Origin: an actinobacterium acAMD-2
GTDB lineage: Bacteria; Actinomycetota; Actinomycetes; UBA12327
Direction: 5' to 3'
DNA length: 64,000 nucleotides
Assembly (NCBI GenBank): GCA_000754455.1
Contig: JNSE01000001.1
Coordinates: forward strand, 13,923-77,922
In this document: piece by piece, positions 28,445 through 38,995 of the stretch
How the letters are laid out: every line of letters begins with the position of its first letter
Numbering within the stretch: position 1 is the first letter of the stretch
Notes under the pieces: generated by a model
What the model was told of the DNA's origin: nothing
Seen by the model: only the letters and a program-made list of their open reading frames with translations
The model's database searches: none
Position numbers and translations under genes: made by a program

Positions 28445-30745
28445 TTACGACAGCGTGATCGTCAAGGTGGCCACGTAAACATCGGCGGCCTGGAACGCAG
28501 GAATAGTCAATGTCAGTGGCGCAGTGATGTTAAAGACTCCACCGGTGGTCTGGGTTGTTGCGTTGACCGTGGTGTCCTTGGTACACAAACTCACTACCGC
28601 GGAAAAGTCTTGTGTTGCCCCTGCGGTTTGGCCTGAGGCCACCAGTGAACTGTCAAAGCCAGCCAAGCTGGTCTTCGTTCCGGCGGTGTAGTCCCACGCC
28701 GTGGAGTTAGTGGCCGGCACGCAGGATGGCGTAACGGACAACGTGGACTTATTGATGGTCTTGCCCGTTGCGCCAGCAAAGTTTGTTAGAGATGCTGTCA
28801 GCGACCAGCCAAAAGTTCCACCCCGACTATCACTGACGGTGATGTCGTTGAGGTTTCCAATGATTGCTGTTGGAGCAAATGGGCTGGTGATCGTGCCCAA
28901 GTTGATGGTCGTGGGCGATGTGTTGACATTGGTCGTTCCGCGAACGGGAGAGAGAACTGAGGACTGGTCAGTCGAGCCAACCGTTGGTGTCGCCGTCACG
29001 TAGGTGCGTTGAGTCAACACGCCTTGCAAAACGGATACTTGAACTTTTTGTCCCGTCAAGCATCCCGGCCCCCCAGAAGAGTCGCCTGAGTAGGCGATGC
29101 ATTTATCTGGGGACTCTTGCGCCAAAAAGGGAGTTTGGGCCAACAAGACATTGGATGTGTCATTAAAGGCACCGATGCCGGTCGCAAAGCCGGGGGCTAC
29201 ATACGAAACCGAAAACGCTCCGGTGCTATCGGTTGTGGTGGTTACCGTCGCGCCGGATGGAGCACCGGTCGGGGGCCAAACAAAGCGGCCCTCTAGGCGG
29301 ATCGTTGTGTTTGCGGGAAACACGCTGCCTCGAACAGTGACCGTCTCGCCACTGGCTGCGACCCCGGGATCAGCAAAGATGCGCGGACAACCGGGGTAAG
29401 AAACAGGTCCTTGCGTGGGGCCACCAACGTAGGTGATTCCCGTTGCCGTGACTTCGCACTGTCGCGCGAGGTTAAGGGCGATGAAAACACAGTCATTACT
29501 TGGCCCGCAGGTATCTCCATCGGGGTTGTTCAAGGAACCATTGAGCACCGTTAATGGTGAACTTGCACTGCCACTGGAGTTACTACTGACCAAATAGGCC
29601 GATCCGGTAGTCAGCGTGCAGGAACTCGGTCCGCTCACTGTCTTACCGCGCTTGCACAACGCAATCACCACGGACGCATTCGGGCTGAATCCGGTCACGC
29701 TGACGGTGACATTTTGGCCACCGGTGTAAGGACCAGCTGGGCTAACCGAAATGCCGGGCTGATTAATCGTTAAGGCACTGGGTGTGTTGAACGTCGGGCT
29801 CGGCGGGGCGACGTAGTCCGGTCCGGCGATCTTGGTCTGGTTGTCAAAGAAGTCCAGTGACAAGTTCACCGAACTAATCGGGGTGGTGAAGACCACGTGA
29901 CCACCACCAGCGACCGTGTAGAGCACCGTCGTGGCGGTGCAGCTGGTGAAGGTCCGTTTGGTTACACCAGCGACAGGGGTGGAGTCGGTGTAACTCGAGC
30001 AGCCATTGCGTTGGGTTCCCCAGTAATCCACGTCCCTGGTAACCGTGCCAATGTAGGACGAAGATTCCGCGAGGTTCGGATCAGGGACAAACGGTCCGAA
30101 GTAGTTGACAATGGTGTCGGCATCACCATGGGTGACCAGCAGGGGTACGGCCCTGGTCGTGCACCGAGCAGGATTGATCAGGTTGACACCAGCCCATGGG
30201 GCGATGGCTGCCACCTTGTTCCAACGGCATCCCAAGTAAGTCGAAAAGGAAGCGCCGGAAGAAAAGCCAGAGGCAAAAATTCGGGAGTCGTCGACACAAG
30301 TGACGTCGTCAATATCGGTCAATATCGCTTCCAGGAAAGCCACATCTGCAGGTGCGCCCCCGCTTGCCGGACTTCCCCATCCCGGTGTGCTTCCTCCACC
30401 TTGAGCGATCGCCTGTGGAGTAATCACGGTGTACCCGCGCTGCGTGGCAGTAGCGGCCATGCCAGTAGAGGTTTCAAAAGCGGATGCGTTACCGCCGGCG
30501 CCATGAAAATTGAAGATCACCGGTACGGGTGTTCCAACAGCTGGTGCGGGATTAGGAGTCGATACAAAGAACGAGCGCGATACGCCACCGACGGAAATAG
30601 TTCGCGATTGCATCGAAACCGTCGAACTCGATGAGCAGCTGCCGCTTGCTTGGGCCGAGATTGGCCCGATAGCCGACATGAAGCCAAGCATCAGCGCGAC
30701 AGTGACTAGCAACCGTGTCGCACGGCTGTAGAGGCCGGCTTTCAT
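28445..30745 (-). CDS. secreted esterase of the PHB-depolymerase/LpqC family fused to ~480 aa of Thr/Ser/Gly-rich Ig-like repeat domains
   Basis: The ORF 28445-30829 was trimmed to the Met at 30745 (MKAGLYSRATRLLVTVALMLGFMSAIGPISAQA, a signal peptide) with AGGAG 8 nt upstream. A GxSxG nucleophile (GFSSGA) and catalytic HGDAD are present. The C-terminal repeats have paired Cys residues. Confidence 0.7.
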   Translation of the reverse strand: MKAGLYSRATRLLVTVALMLGFMSAIGPISAQASGSCSSSSTVSMQSRTISVGGVSRSFFVSTPNPAPAVGTPVPVIFNFHGAGGNASAFETSTGMAATATQRGYTVITPQAIAQGGGSTPGWGSPASGGAPADVAFLEAILTDIDDVTCVDDSRIFASGFSSGASFSTYLGCRWNKVAAIAPWAGVNLINPARCTTRAVPLLVTHGDADTIVNYFGPFVPDPNLAESSSYIGTVTRDVDYWGTQRNGCSSYTDSTPVAGVTKRTFTSCTATTVLYTVAGGGHVVFTTPISSVNLSLDFFDNQTKIAGPDYVAPPSPTFNTPSALTINQPGISVSPAGPYTGGQNVTVSVTGFSPNASVVIALCKRGKTVSGPSSCTLTTGSAYLVSSNSSGSASSPLTVLNGSLNNPDGDTCGPSNDCVFIALNLARQCEVTATGITYVGGPTQGPVSYPGCPRIFADPGVAASGETVTVRGSVFPANTTIRLEGRFVWPPTGAPSGATVTTTTDSTGAFSVSYVAPGFATGIGAFNDTSNVLLAQTPFLAQESPDKCIAYSGDSSGGPGCLTGQKVQVSVLQGVLTQRTYVTATPTVGSTDQSSVLSPVRGTTNVNTSPTTINLGTITSPFAPTAIIGNLNDITVSDSRGGTFGWSLTASLTNFAGATGKTINKSTLSVTPSCVPATNSTAWDYTAGTKTSLAGFDSSLVASGQTAGATQDFSAVVSLCTKDTTVNATTQTTGGVFNITAPLTLTIPAFQAADVYVATLTITLS

Positions 30746-30866
30746 CCACAAACTCCTAGGTGTTGTTGCGGTAAATTCTTGGGCGCTAAGGCCGGTGTGG
30801 TCAAGGTATTTGCCCAAATCGTCAGGCATCTGTGACGGTGGCCTGGGCGACAGTCATACTCTGCCT

Positions 30867-31277
30867 ATGCCCGAAACCAGACTCCCCACGGTTGTGGCCG
30901 GTGCAGCCATCTTTGATGACCGTGGCTGGTTGCTCAGCGCTCGGCGCACGTTGCCGTTGCACGTGGCGGGCAAGTGGGAGTTTCCCGGCGGCAAAGTCGA
31001 AGAAGGCGAAACCGACCTTCAAGGTTTGCATCGCGAGATCATGGAAGAGCTCGGTGTGGAGATCGAAGTTGGCGAACAAGTCGGTGCCGATTGGCAGCTA
31101 GGCCCGAACTTTGTTTTACGCCTATGGAAGGCGCAGATCATCAGCGGAGAGCCACAGCCCTTGGAAGACCACGACATCTTGCAGTGGCTCGAACCAGGGC
31201 ATTGGTTTGATGTCGACTGGCTACCGGCTGACCTACCGATCGTTCAAGCCCTCGTGGATCAGTCGGCAGCGCAGTAG
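30867..31277 (+). CDS. NUDIX hydrolase (MutT-like)
   Basis: Nudix box GKWEFPGGKVEEGETDLQGLHREIMEELGV. The internal Met at 30867 was chosen over the upstream GTG at 30795. Confidence 0.7.
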   Translation: MPETRLPTVVAGAAIFDDRGWLLSARRTLPLHVAGKWEFPGGKVEEGETDLQGLHREIMEELGVEIEVGEQVGADWQLGPNFVLRLWKAQIISGEPQPLEDHDILQWLEPGHWFDVDWLPADLPIVQALVDQSAAQ

Positions 31278-31332
31278 CAAGCAAAAAGGCCCGACTGCCG
31301 AAGCAGCCGAGCCCTTTCGTCAAGCCAGTGGA

Positions 31333-32103
31333 CTAGATCTTGCCGGTTTCGCGTGGCTTGCGACGCAAGATCTTGCCGATGAAGACGACGGGGTCGTACT
31401 TGGTGTCCACCACGCGCTCCTTCATCGGGATGATCGCGTTGTCGGTGATCTTGATGTGCTCGGGGCACACGTCGGTGCAGCACTTGGTGATGTTGCACAT
31501 ACCCAGACCTTGCTCGGCTTGAGCAAAAGACTTGCGGTCAGTGCGTGCATCCAAGGGGTGCATGTCCAGCTCGGCGGCACGGATGAAGAAACGCGGACCT
31601 GAGAAGGCTTCCTTGTTTTCTTCGTGGTCGCGCACCACGTGGCAGGTGTTTTGGCACAAGAAGCACTCGATGCACTTGCGGAACTCTTGCGAGCGCTCCA
31701 CGTCGAGTTGCTGCATGCGGTAGTCGCCAGCCTTGATGTCTGCGGGGGGAGCAAACGCTGGAATCTGACGGGCCTTGGTGTAGTTGAACGACACGTTGGT
31801 CACCAGGTCGCGGATCACCGGGAAGGTGCGCATCGGGGTGACGGTGATGGTCTCGTTCTCTTCAAAGGTGCTCATGCGCGTCATGCACAGCAAGCGCGGC
31901 TTACCGTTGACCTCGGCTGAACACGAACCACACTTACCGGCCTTGCAGTTCCAGCGCACCGCCAAGTCGGGGGTTTGCGTGGCCTGCAAGCGGTGAATGA
32001 TGTCGAGGACGACTTCACCTTCGTTGACATCGACTTCGTAGTTTTCCAGGCCGCCTTGCTCGCCGTCGCCGCGGTAGACGCGGAACTTCGCCTTGTAACC
32101 CAT
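31333..32103 (-). CDS. sdhB: succinate dehydrogenase/fumarate reductase iron-sulfur subunit
   Basis: 2Fe-2S and 4Fe-4S cysteine clusters (CKAGKCGSC; CIECFLCQNTC; CNITKCCTDVCP). Confidence 0.9.
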   Translation of the reverse strand: MGYKAKFRVYRGDGEQGGLENYEVDVNEGEVVLDIIHRLQATQTPDLAVRWNCKAGKCGSCSAEVNGKPRLLCMTRMSTFEENETITVTPMRTFPVIRDLVTNVSFNYTKARQIPAFAPPADIKAGDYRMQQLDVERSQEFRKCIECFLCQNTCHVVRDHEENKEAFSGPRFFIRAAELDMHPLDARTDRKSFAQAEQGLGMCNITKCCTDVCPEHIKITDNAIIPMKERVVDTKYDPVVFIGKILRRKPRETGKI

Positions 32104-33998
32104 CAGTTCTTCTCCTCTGGCAGCGCAGTCAACTCTTCTTCGGTCATGTACTTCTTCAACTCAGCGCGGTCAAACAACGACAGCAACTCGGTGGGGATCG
32201 TGGGTACTGGCTGCTGAGTGACCTCAACGGCAGTGCCATCGCTCTTGCAGATCAAGTTCACCTGACGCCACTTCGGATCCATCGTGGGGAAGTCATCGCG
32301 CGTGTGACCACCGCGAGACTCTTCACGAATCAACGCCGCCTTGGCAACAGACTCCGAGATCAACAGCAAGTTGGTCAGGTCCAGTGCCAAGTGCCAACCG
32401 GGGTTGAACACTCGATCGCCGGCAACGCTGACGTTCTTGGCGCGAGCCTTGAGTGCATCGAGCTTGACGATGGCGTCCTTGACCTCATCGGCGTTACGGA
32501 TGATTCCCACCAAGTCACCCATGACCGTTTGCAGGTCGTGGTGAATCGTGTAGGGGTTTTCGCCATCTGTTGCATTCAGCGGAGCAAGAGCAGCGTCAAC
32601 GGCTGCTTGCAGGTCAGCTTCGTCAATGGCAACAGCTGCTCCACCGCGCGAGTCCAGGTATTCAGCAGCACCCAAACCGGCACGACGCCCAAAGACCAGC
32701 AGGTCAGACAGTGAGTTACCACCCAAGCGGTTGGAGCCGTGCATTCCGCCACCGACTTCACCAGCGGCAAACAAGCCCTTGACGTACGGCGAAGCACAGG
32801 TGTCGGGAATTGTCTCGACGCCACCCATTACGTAGTGACAGGTCGGTCCGACTTCCATCGGCTCCTTGGTGATGTCAACGTCGGCCAGCTCTTTGAACTG
32901 GTGGTACATCGAGGGCAGGCGCTTGAGGATCTGCTCGGCTGGAAGGCGCGAAGCAATGTCCAGGTACACGCCACCATTCGGAGTGCCGCGACCGGCCTTG
33001 ACCTCAGAGTTAATCGCGCGGGCGACTTCGTCACGAGGCAACAACTCTGGAGGACGACGGTTGTTGTCGGCGTCGGTGTACCAGCGGTCGGCTTCTTCTT
33101 CGGTTTCCGCGTACTGCTTGCGGAACACGTCGGGGACGTAGTCGAACATGAAGCGCTTGCCTTCAGAGTTCTTCAACACACCACCGTCACCGCGAACAGA
33201 CTCGGTGACCAAGATGCCCTTGACCGACGGAGGCCAAACCATGCCGGTGGGGTGGAACTGCAAGAACTCCATGTTGACCAAGGAACCGCCAGCGCGCATC
33301 GCGAGAGCATGACCGTCGCCGGTGTACTCCCACGAGTTCGAGGTGACGCGGTACGCCTTGCCGATACCGCCGGTGGCCAAGACGATGGCTGCGGTGTCGA
33401 AGGCAATGAAGTCGCCGGTCTCACGGAAGTAACCCATGCAACCGGTAACTGCGCCGTCCTTGGTGAAGATCTCCTGGATTGAGCACTCAGCGAAGACCTT
33501 GATGAACTTCTCGCCATCGCCGAACTCACGCTCGTCGTCTTGCTGCAAGGAGATGATCTTTTGCTGCATCGTGCGGATCAATTCCAGGCCGGTTCGGTCT
33601 CCCACGTGCGCGAGGCGGGGGTACTCGTGACCACCGAAGTTGCGCTGGCTGATCTTGCCGTCCTTGGTGCGGTCAAACAATGCGCCATAGGTTTCCAGTT
33701 CCCAAATGCGGTCGGGGGATTCCTTGGCGTGGAGTTCGGCCATGCGGTAGTTGTTCAAGAACTTGCCACCGCGCATGGTGTCGCGGAAGTGGACTTGCCA
33801 GTTGTCGTTGCTGTTGACGTTACCCATGGCAGCGGCAGCGCCGCCTTCAGCCATAACGGTGTGTGCCTTACCCAGCAATGACTTGGTGACGATGGCGACT
33901 GACTTGCCCATCATGCGAGCTTCGATGGCGGCACGCAATCCGGCACCACCAGCACCCATCACCACTACGTCAAATGAATGGCGTTCGATCTGTGTCAT
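32103..33998 (-). CDS. sdhA: succinate dehydrogenase/fumarate reductase flavoprotein subunit
   Basis: FAD-binding VVVMGAGGAGLRAA, an SdhA-wide active-site pattern and 631 aa. Confidence 0.9.
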   Translation of the reverse strand: MTQIERHSFDVVVMGAGGAGLRAAIEARMMGKSVAIVTKSLLGKAHTVMAEGGAAAAMGNVNSNDNWQVHFRDTMRGGKFLNNYRMAELHAKESPDRIWELETYGALFDRTKDGKISQRNFGGHEYPRLAHVGDRTGLELIRTMQQKIISLQQDDEREFGDGEKFIKVFAECSIQEIFTKDGAVTGCMGYFRETGDFIAFDTAAIVLATGGIGKAYRVTSNSWEYTGDGHALAMRAGGSLVNMEFLQFHPTGMVWPPSVKGILVTESVRGDGGVLKNSEGKRFMFDYVPDVFRKQYAETEEEADRWYTDADNNRRPPELLPRDEVARAINSEVKAGRGTPNGGVYLDIASRLPAEQILKRLPSMYHQFKELADVDITKEPMEVGPTCHYVMGGVETIPDTCASPYVKGLFAAGEVGGGMHGSNRLGGNSLSDLLVFGRRAGLGAAEYLDSRGGAAVAIDEADLQAAVDAALAPLNATDGENPYTIHHDLQTVMGDLVGIIRNADEVKDAIVKLDALKARAKNVSVAGDRVFNPGWHLALDLTNLLLISESVAKAALIREESRGGHTRDDFPTMDPKWRQVNLICKSDGTAVEVTQQPVPTIPTELLSLFDRAELKKYMTEEELTALPEEKN

Positions 33999-34027
33999 AG
34001 AAGTGTCAATTCCTCAGTGTGTGATGG

Positions 34028-34837
34028 TTAGAAGGTGTTGAAGTCGGTGATCCAGCCAGCGGCAACAGCCATGACGTAGAAGTCAGCGACAACCAAAGAA
34101 GCCAAGGTGGTCCAGGCCAATTCCTGATGCTTGCCGTTGAGCTTGGAAACAAAGGTCCAACCCTTGTAGCGCAACGGGTGCTTAGAGAAGTTAGTCAAAC
34201 GACCACCCATGATGTGGCGGCACGAGTGGCACGAAGCGGTGTAGGCCCAGAGCAGGATGACGTTGGCGGTCAGGACGATCGAGCCGACGCCGACGCCCCA
34301 GCTGCCATCTTCACTTTTGAAGGAGTGGAAGGCGTCAATGGTGTTGATGATGGAGATCAAGGCGGCGATGTAGAAGAAGTAGCGGTGCGAGTTTTGGCCC
34401 AAAAGCGGGAAGCGGGATTCGCCGGAGTACTTCTTGTGGGGCTCGTTGACCGCACAGGCGGTGGGCGATTGCCAGAACGAGCGGTAGTAGGCCTTGCGGT
34501 AGTAGTAGCAGGTGAAGCGGAAGAGGAACAAGAACGGCAATGTCAATGCGGCGTAAGGAATGAACCACAGGTCGGGCAGGAACGTTCCCCATTCAGCGGC
34601 GGCGGGAATGCAACCGTTGGAGATGCAGGGAGAGTAGAAGGGCGTGAGGTAGCGGATGGCCTCGTCGCCGCCCTGTGCAGCCCAGTAGTAGTCCTGCATG
34701 AAGACGCGAACAGTCGCGTACGTGATCCATGCGGTGATTCCGATGACCGTCAGCAGTGGAGAGATCCAGTACTTGTCGGTTCGCAGGGTGCGAGCAGTAA
34801 TTCTTGCCCTGCCGGGCGAGAGGGTGCCGCTGGTCAT
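34028..34837 (-). CDS. succinate dehydrogenase membrane anchor subunit (Rv0249c-type, Cys-rich)
   Basis: 269-aa polytopic membrane protein immediately upstream of sdhA-sdhB in the same orientation. Confidence 0.65.
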   Translation of the reverse strand: MTSGTLSPGRARITARTLRTDKYWISPLLTVIGITAWITYATVRVFMQDYYWAAQGGDEAIRYLTPFYSPCISNGCIPAAAEWGTFLPDLWFIPYAALTLPFLFLFRFTCYYYRKAYYRSFWQSPTACAVNEPHKKYSGESRFPLLGQNSHRYFFYIAALISIINTIDAFHSFKSEDGSWGVGVGSIVLTANVILLWAYTASCHSCRHIMGGRLTNFSKHPLRYKGWTFVSKLNGKHQELAWTTLASLVVADFYVMAVAAGWITDFNTF

Positions 34838-34974
34838 GAATATTCCTCCACGGAAGAGTTGCTAGCCAACATCACATTGGGGTGGGTCACGCCTGTGTGG
34901 TGCGAAATAATGCGCCCCTTAGGATTACAGAGTGACCGGCAGCACACGCTGTCGCCCCCCTGTCCCAGAATCGA

Positions 34975-36852
34975 GTGCTGGCCGACGTGCCCAACACCCC
35001 CACGACCTTTCGTTATGACCTGCGCAATGTGGCCATCGTGGCCCACGTTGACCACGGAAAGACCACTCTGGTGGACCAGATGTTGCGTCAAGCCGGAGCT
35101 TTCAATGCGCATGAAGCCTTGACCGATCGTGTGATGGATTCGATGGATCTTGAGCGGGAAAAGGGCATTACCATCCTCGCCAAAAACACGGCAATCCGCT
35201 ACGTCCCTCCTGCAGGATCTGATGTGATCCCTGCCACGGATGGCGCCACGGCTATGACCATCAACATCGTGGACACCCCAGGTCACGCTGACTTCGGCGG
35301 CGAGGTTGAGCGTGGGCTGGAAATGGTCGACGGCGTGCTGCTCCTGGTGGATGCCAGCGAAGGCCCACTGCCGCAAACCCGCTTCGTTTTGCGCAAGGCC
35401 TTGGCCAAGGGGTTGCCCGTGGTGCTGGTCATCAACAAGGTGGACCGCCCAGACTCACGCATTAAAGAAGTCGTGGACGAGACCTATGAACTCTTCTTGG
35501 ACCTGGATGCCACAGAAGAGCAAATCGACTTCCCGATCGTGTACTGCTCGGCCAAAGCTGGTCGCGCGTCCATGAATCGTCCAGAAGACGGTGGAATGCC
35601 AGATTGCGACGACCTCGGGCCACTCTTCACCGCGCTGACATCAACGATTCCTGCTCCTACCTTTACCCCCGGCGCTCCGTTGCAAGCCCATGTGACAAAC
35701 CTGGATGCTTCGCCCTACTTGGGTCGCTTGGCCTTGTGCCGCGTCCACGAAGGTGAAATCAAAAAGGGTCAGCAGGTGGCTTGGTGCCGCGCCGACGGAA
35801 CTGTTGAACGCGTAAAAATCGTTGAACTGCTGATGACTGAAGCTCTCGATCGTGTTCCTGCTGAATCAGCCGGGCCTGGCGACCTAGTCGCTATCGCTGG
35901 AATTTCTGAAATCACCATTGGTGAGACGTTGGCTGATTTGGAAAACCCCGTTCCGCTTCCCGTGATCACCGTGGATGAGCCATCGCTGTCGATGACCATT
36001 GGTATCAACACCTCACCTCTTTCTGGTCGATCGGGAACCAAGCTGACTGCCCGCTTGCTGAAGGCTCGATTGGATTCTGAGCTAGTCGGTAACGTCTCCC
36101 TGCGCGTGGAACAAACTGAACGTCCTGATACTTGGGAAGTTCAAGGCCGTGGCGAATTGCAGCTGGCCATCCTGGTCGAGCTCATGCGTCGTGAAGGTTT
36201 TGAAATGACCGTGGGTAAGCCACAGGTCGTGACGCGCTTGATTGACGGCAAGATTCATGAGCCGATGGAACGTTTGACCATTGACATCCCCGAAGAGCAC
36301 CTCGGAGTGGTTACTCAGTTGATGGCCTTGCGTAAGGGCCGCATGGAGCAGATGGTCAACCACGGCACTGGTTGGGTGCGCATGGAGTTTCTGGTTCCTG
36401 CTCGTGGCTTGATTGGTTTCCGCACCGAGTTCCTGACTGAAACGCGCGGTACCGGATTGCTGCACCACACCCGTCCGTCGGGCTCGTTGGTCGCTGACCG
36501 CACTGGACCGACCACCGGTTTTGCATTGGCGAACTTGCAAGAGCGCGGCACGATGTTTGTTGGCCCAGGTACCGATGTGTACGAGGGAATGATCGTGGGC
36601 GAAAACTCGCGCGCGGATGACTTGGACGTCAACCCGACCAAGGAGAAGAAACTGACCAACATGCGTCAGTCCTCCGGCGACGTCTTGGTGCCGCTGATTC
36701 CCCACCGCCAACTCTCGCTCGAAGAAGCCCTTGAGTTTTGTCGTGAAGACGAGTGCGTCGAGGTTTCACCGGCGACCGTTCGTATTCGCAAGGTGATCTT
36801 GGATGCCAACGAGCGTGGACGGACCCGCGGTAAGGCCAAAAAGCCCCAATAA
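34975..36852 (+). CDS. typA: translational GTPase TypA/BipA
   Basis: [13 protein letters not shown]1 motif, the DTPGHADF motif, a five-domain EF-G-like layout and 625 aa. Confidence 0.9.
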   Translation: MLADVPNTPTTFRYDLRNVAIVAHVDHGKTTLVDQMLRQAGAFNAHEALTDRVMDSMDLEREKGITILAKNTAIRYVPPAGSDVIPATDGATAMTINIVDTPGHADFGGEVERGLEMVDGVLLLVDASEGPLPQTRFVLRKALAKGLPVVLVINKVDRPDSRIKEVVDETYELFLDLDATEEQIDFPIVYCSAKAGRASMNRPEDGGMPDCDDLGPLFTALTSTIPAPTFTPGAPLQAHVTNLDASPYLGRLALCRVHEGEIKKGQQVAWCRADGTVERVKIVELLMTEALDRVPAESAGPGDLVAIAGISEITIGETLADLENPVPLPVITVDEPSLSMTIGINTSPLSGRSGTKLTARLLKARLDSELVGNVSLRVEQTERPDTWEVQGRGELQLAILVELMRREGFEMTVGKPQVVTRLIDGKIHEPMERLTIDIPEEHLGVVTQLMALRKGRMEQMVNHGTGWVRMEFLVPARGLIGFRTEFLTETRGTGLLHHTRPSGSLVADRTGPTTGFALANLQERGTMFVGPGTDVYEGMIVGENSRADDLDVNPTKEKKLTNMRQSSGDVLVPLIPHRQLSLEEALEFCREDECVEVSPATVRIRKVILDANERGRTRGKAKKPQ

Positions 36853-36855
36853 GGC

Positions 36856-38973
36856 TTAAGTCAAGGACTTTTTCAGGAAGTCCAGCTGAAGAATCAGCAG
36901 GTTTTCGGCTACTTCTTCTTGCGGCGTCATATGCGTGACACCGGTGAGGTATTCGACCTGGTGTTCTTTGCCTGCTGCGGTGAGTGCTGCTGATAGTTGC
37001 GCGGTGTTTGACACGAAGACGTTGTCATCGTCCACACCGTGAATGAGTAACAGCGGTCGGGACAGTTGTGGTGCGCGTGGTAACAGTGAGTTTGCGTCGT
37101 AGACATCAGGTTGAGTGCGCGGGTCGCCGAGGTAGCGCTCGGTGTAGTGAGTGTCGTAGAGCCGCCATTCGGTTACCGGTGCGCCAGCAACTGCTGCATG
37201 GAACACATCAGGTCGATCAAGTACTGCAAGAGCGGCCAAGTAACCACCAAAGGACCAACCGCGGATACCAACTCGGCTTCGATCAAGTTTGCCGGGGAAT
37301 TTCGCGGTCACAAGTTCGAGTGCGCTGACCTGATCGGCAAGCACTCCGCTTGCGAGGTCGTCCTTAACTGACTTCTCCCACGATGGGCTGCCAGGCATTC
37401 CGCGACCATCGGTCACGATGACAACAAAACCTTGGTCGGCCCACCATTGCGCTGTCAGGAAGGCAGAACCTGCGTTGACCACACGCTGACCGTGCGGGCC
37501 GCCGTAAGGATCGAGCAGCACTGGCAAGGCCTGACCTGGCAGTTTCCCCTCTGGGAACAACACGGCGATGCGCAAGTGGGGTTCATCGCCGTCAACTCGA
37601 TAAACCACGGGTGTGACGCTCGGGCCTTCAGCAAAGGACTCGACAGTGTGAATTCCGTGAGCACTGGTCACGACCACGTCGCTGGCACCGACCTCAAGAC
37701 TGTTTCGAGAAATCACCGATGTCCCGCTGCGCGATGTTCCCGAGGTCCAGCCGCCGGCGCTGAGTTGCACCGAACCATCAGTTTCATTCCATGACCAGAG
37801 GTCGCACACCCACGAGTCGTGACTTGGGCAGGCGGTGAAGAACACGGTGTTGAAATCAACACCGGTGATGGCGCGAACATCCCAACCGATCGGCGATACA
37901 GGTTCGACGTTGATGAAGAGTCGTCGATGATCGTTGTCGTGGTCGTCGCGAACGCTGGCGAGCTGGCCTGATTCGGTGCGCACTGGCGATCCGCTGATCA
38001 GTTCCACCCATGCAGGATCGGTGGTGTCACTCAGTACGCTGGTCGCGCCCTCGCGACTGATTGTGAGGACTTGGTAGCGGCGCTGGTCGCGCGATTGCAC
38101 GACCAGGAGCTCGCCGTGGGAGTCCGTGATGACGTCAACGAGGTATTCGTAAGTGCTGTGGTCCCAGTCGATCTCCACCTGTGAGCCATCAAGCCCCACT
38201 CGGTGCAAGGTCACTGCTGGATTGGTGGTTCCGGCGGCTGGATAGCGGGTAACCATGGGGGAATCGGGGTCCACGGGGTTCTCGATCGTCAGCTCAGCGA
38301 CCGCTGACACATCCGTGCGCTGCACCAGCAGGGCTGATCCGTTGTGGGTCCACCACGTTCCGCGGGTGCGATCCATTTCCTCACCGGCGATGAAGTCGGC
38401 GATGCCCCACGTGATGTGTGGCGAAGTTTCGGCCGGGGTGATGCGTACGGCAGAGGTGCTTGCTAATCCGGTGAGGTCGTGAACCCACACCGCGTTGTCG
38501 TGAACAAAAGCTATGCGTCGACCGGAGCGATCGATGCGAGGATCAATGACAGGGGAAGGTAGAGCAAGCTCACTGACTTGTGACGACTTCACATCAACCA
38601 GGAACGCAACACCGTTAATAGTCACTACTGCTCGTGCACAATCTGCATCAGCGGAATACGTCACGATTCCGCCGGCGACTTCGCGCGCACGCTCGCGTCG
38701 GGCACGTTCTTCGGCGGGAATATCCCCAGCACTGGAAAAACTCATGGCGACTGGATCCGCGACACAGTTTTCCTCGCCCGTGGCGACATTGAGAACCCAC
38801 AGACAGTTGACCGAATCGGTGCCGTGCCGAGAGCGGAGAAATAACACCCGCGAGCCGTCAGCACTTATGGCGAAGGTTCGCGGAGCGCCCAGGCGAAACC
38901 CTCTAGTCAGGGCTGATCTGCGGGGGAATGAATCGGTGCTCACGGCTTGATCCTGCCAGCAGGACGCCGGCAA
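36856..38973 (-). CDS. S9 family serine peptidase (dipeptidyl aminopeptidase/acylaminoacyl peptidase-like) with N-terminal beta-propeller
   Basis: Catalytic GWSFGGY nucleophile elbow, and the Asp/His region near the C-terminus. Confidence 0.8.
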   Translation of the reverse strand: MPASCWQDQAVSTDSFPRRSALTRGFRLGAPRTFAISADGSRVLFLRSRHGTDSVNCLWVLNVATGEENCVADPVAMSFSSAGDIPAEERARRERAREVAGGIVTYSADADCARAVVTINGVAFLVDVKSSQVSELALPSPVIDPRIDRSGRRIAFVHDNAVWVHDLTGLASTSAVRITPAETSPHITWGIADFIAGEEMDRTRGTWWTHNGSALLVQRTDVSAVAELTIENPVDPDSPMVTRYPAAGTTNPAVTLHRVGLDGSQVEIDWDHSTYEYLVDVITDSHGELLVVQSRDQRRYQVLTISREGATSVLSDTTDPAWVELISGSPVRTESGQLASVRDDHDNDHRRLFINVEPVSPIGWDVRAITGVDFNTVFFTACPSHDSWVCDLWSWNETDGSVQLSAGGWTSGTSRSGTSVISRNSLEVGASDVVVTSAHGIHTVESFAEGPSVTPVVYRVDGDEPHLRIAVLFPEGKLPGQALPVLLDPYGGPHGQRVVNAGSAFLTAQWWADQGFVVIVTDGRGMPGSPSWEKSVKDDLASGVLADQVSALELVTAKFPGKLDRSRVGIRGWSFGGYLAALAVLDRPDVFHAAVAGAPVTEWRLYDTHYTERYLGDPRTQPDVYDANSLLPRAPQLSRPLLLIHGVDDDNVFVSNTAQLSAALTAAGKEHQVEYLTGVTHMTPQEEVAENLLILQLDFLKKSLT

Positions 38974-38995
38974 TGCGCACGCCTACGATGGGTGC

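Noticed and set aside
34975-36852. Possibility that the window lies on a plasmid or other mobile element
   Set aside because: The gene content is housekeeping (typA, sdhAB, dap genes, xseAB, ispH, greA) and conserved chromosomal synteny runs throughout, so it is a chromosomal core region with small accessory inserts.
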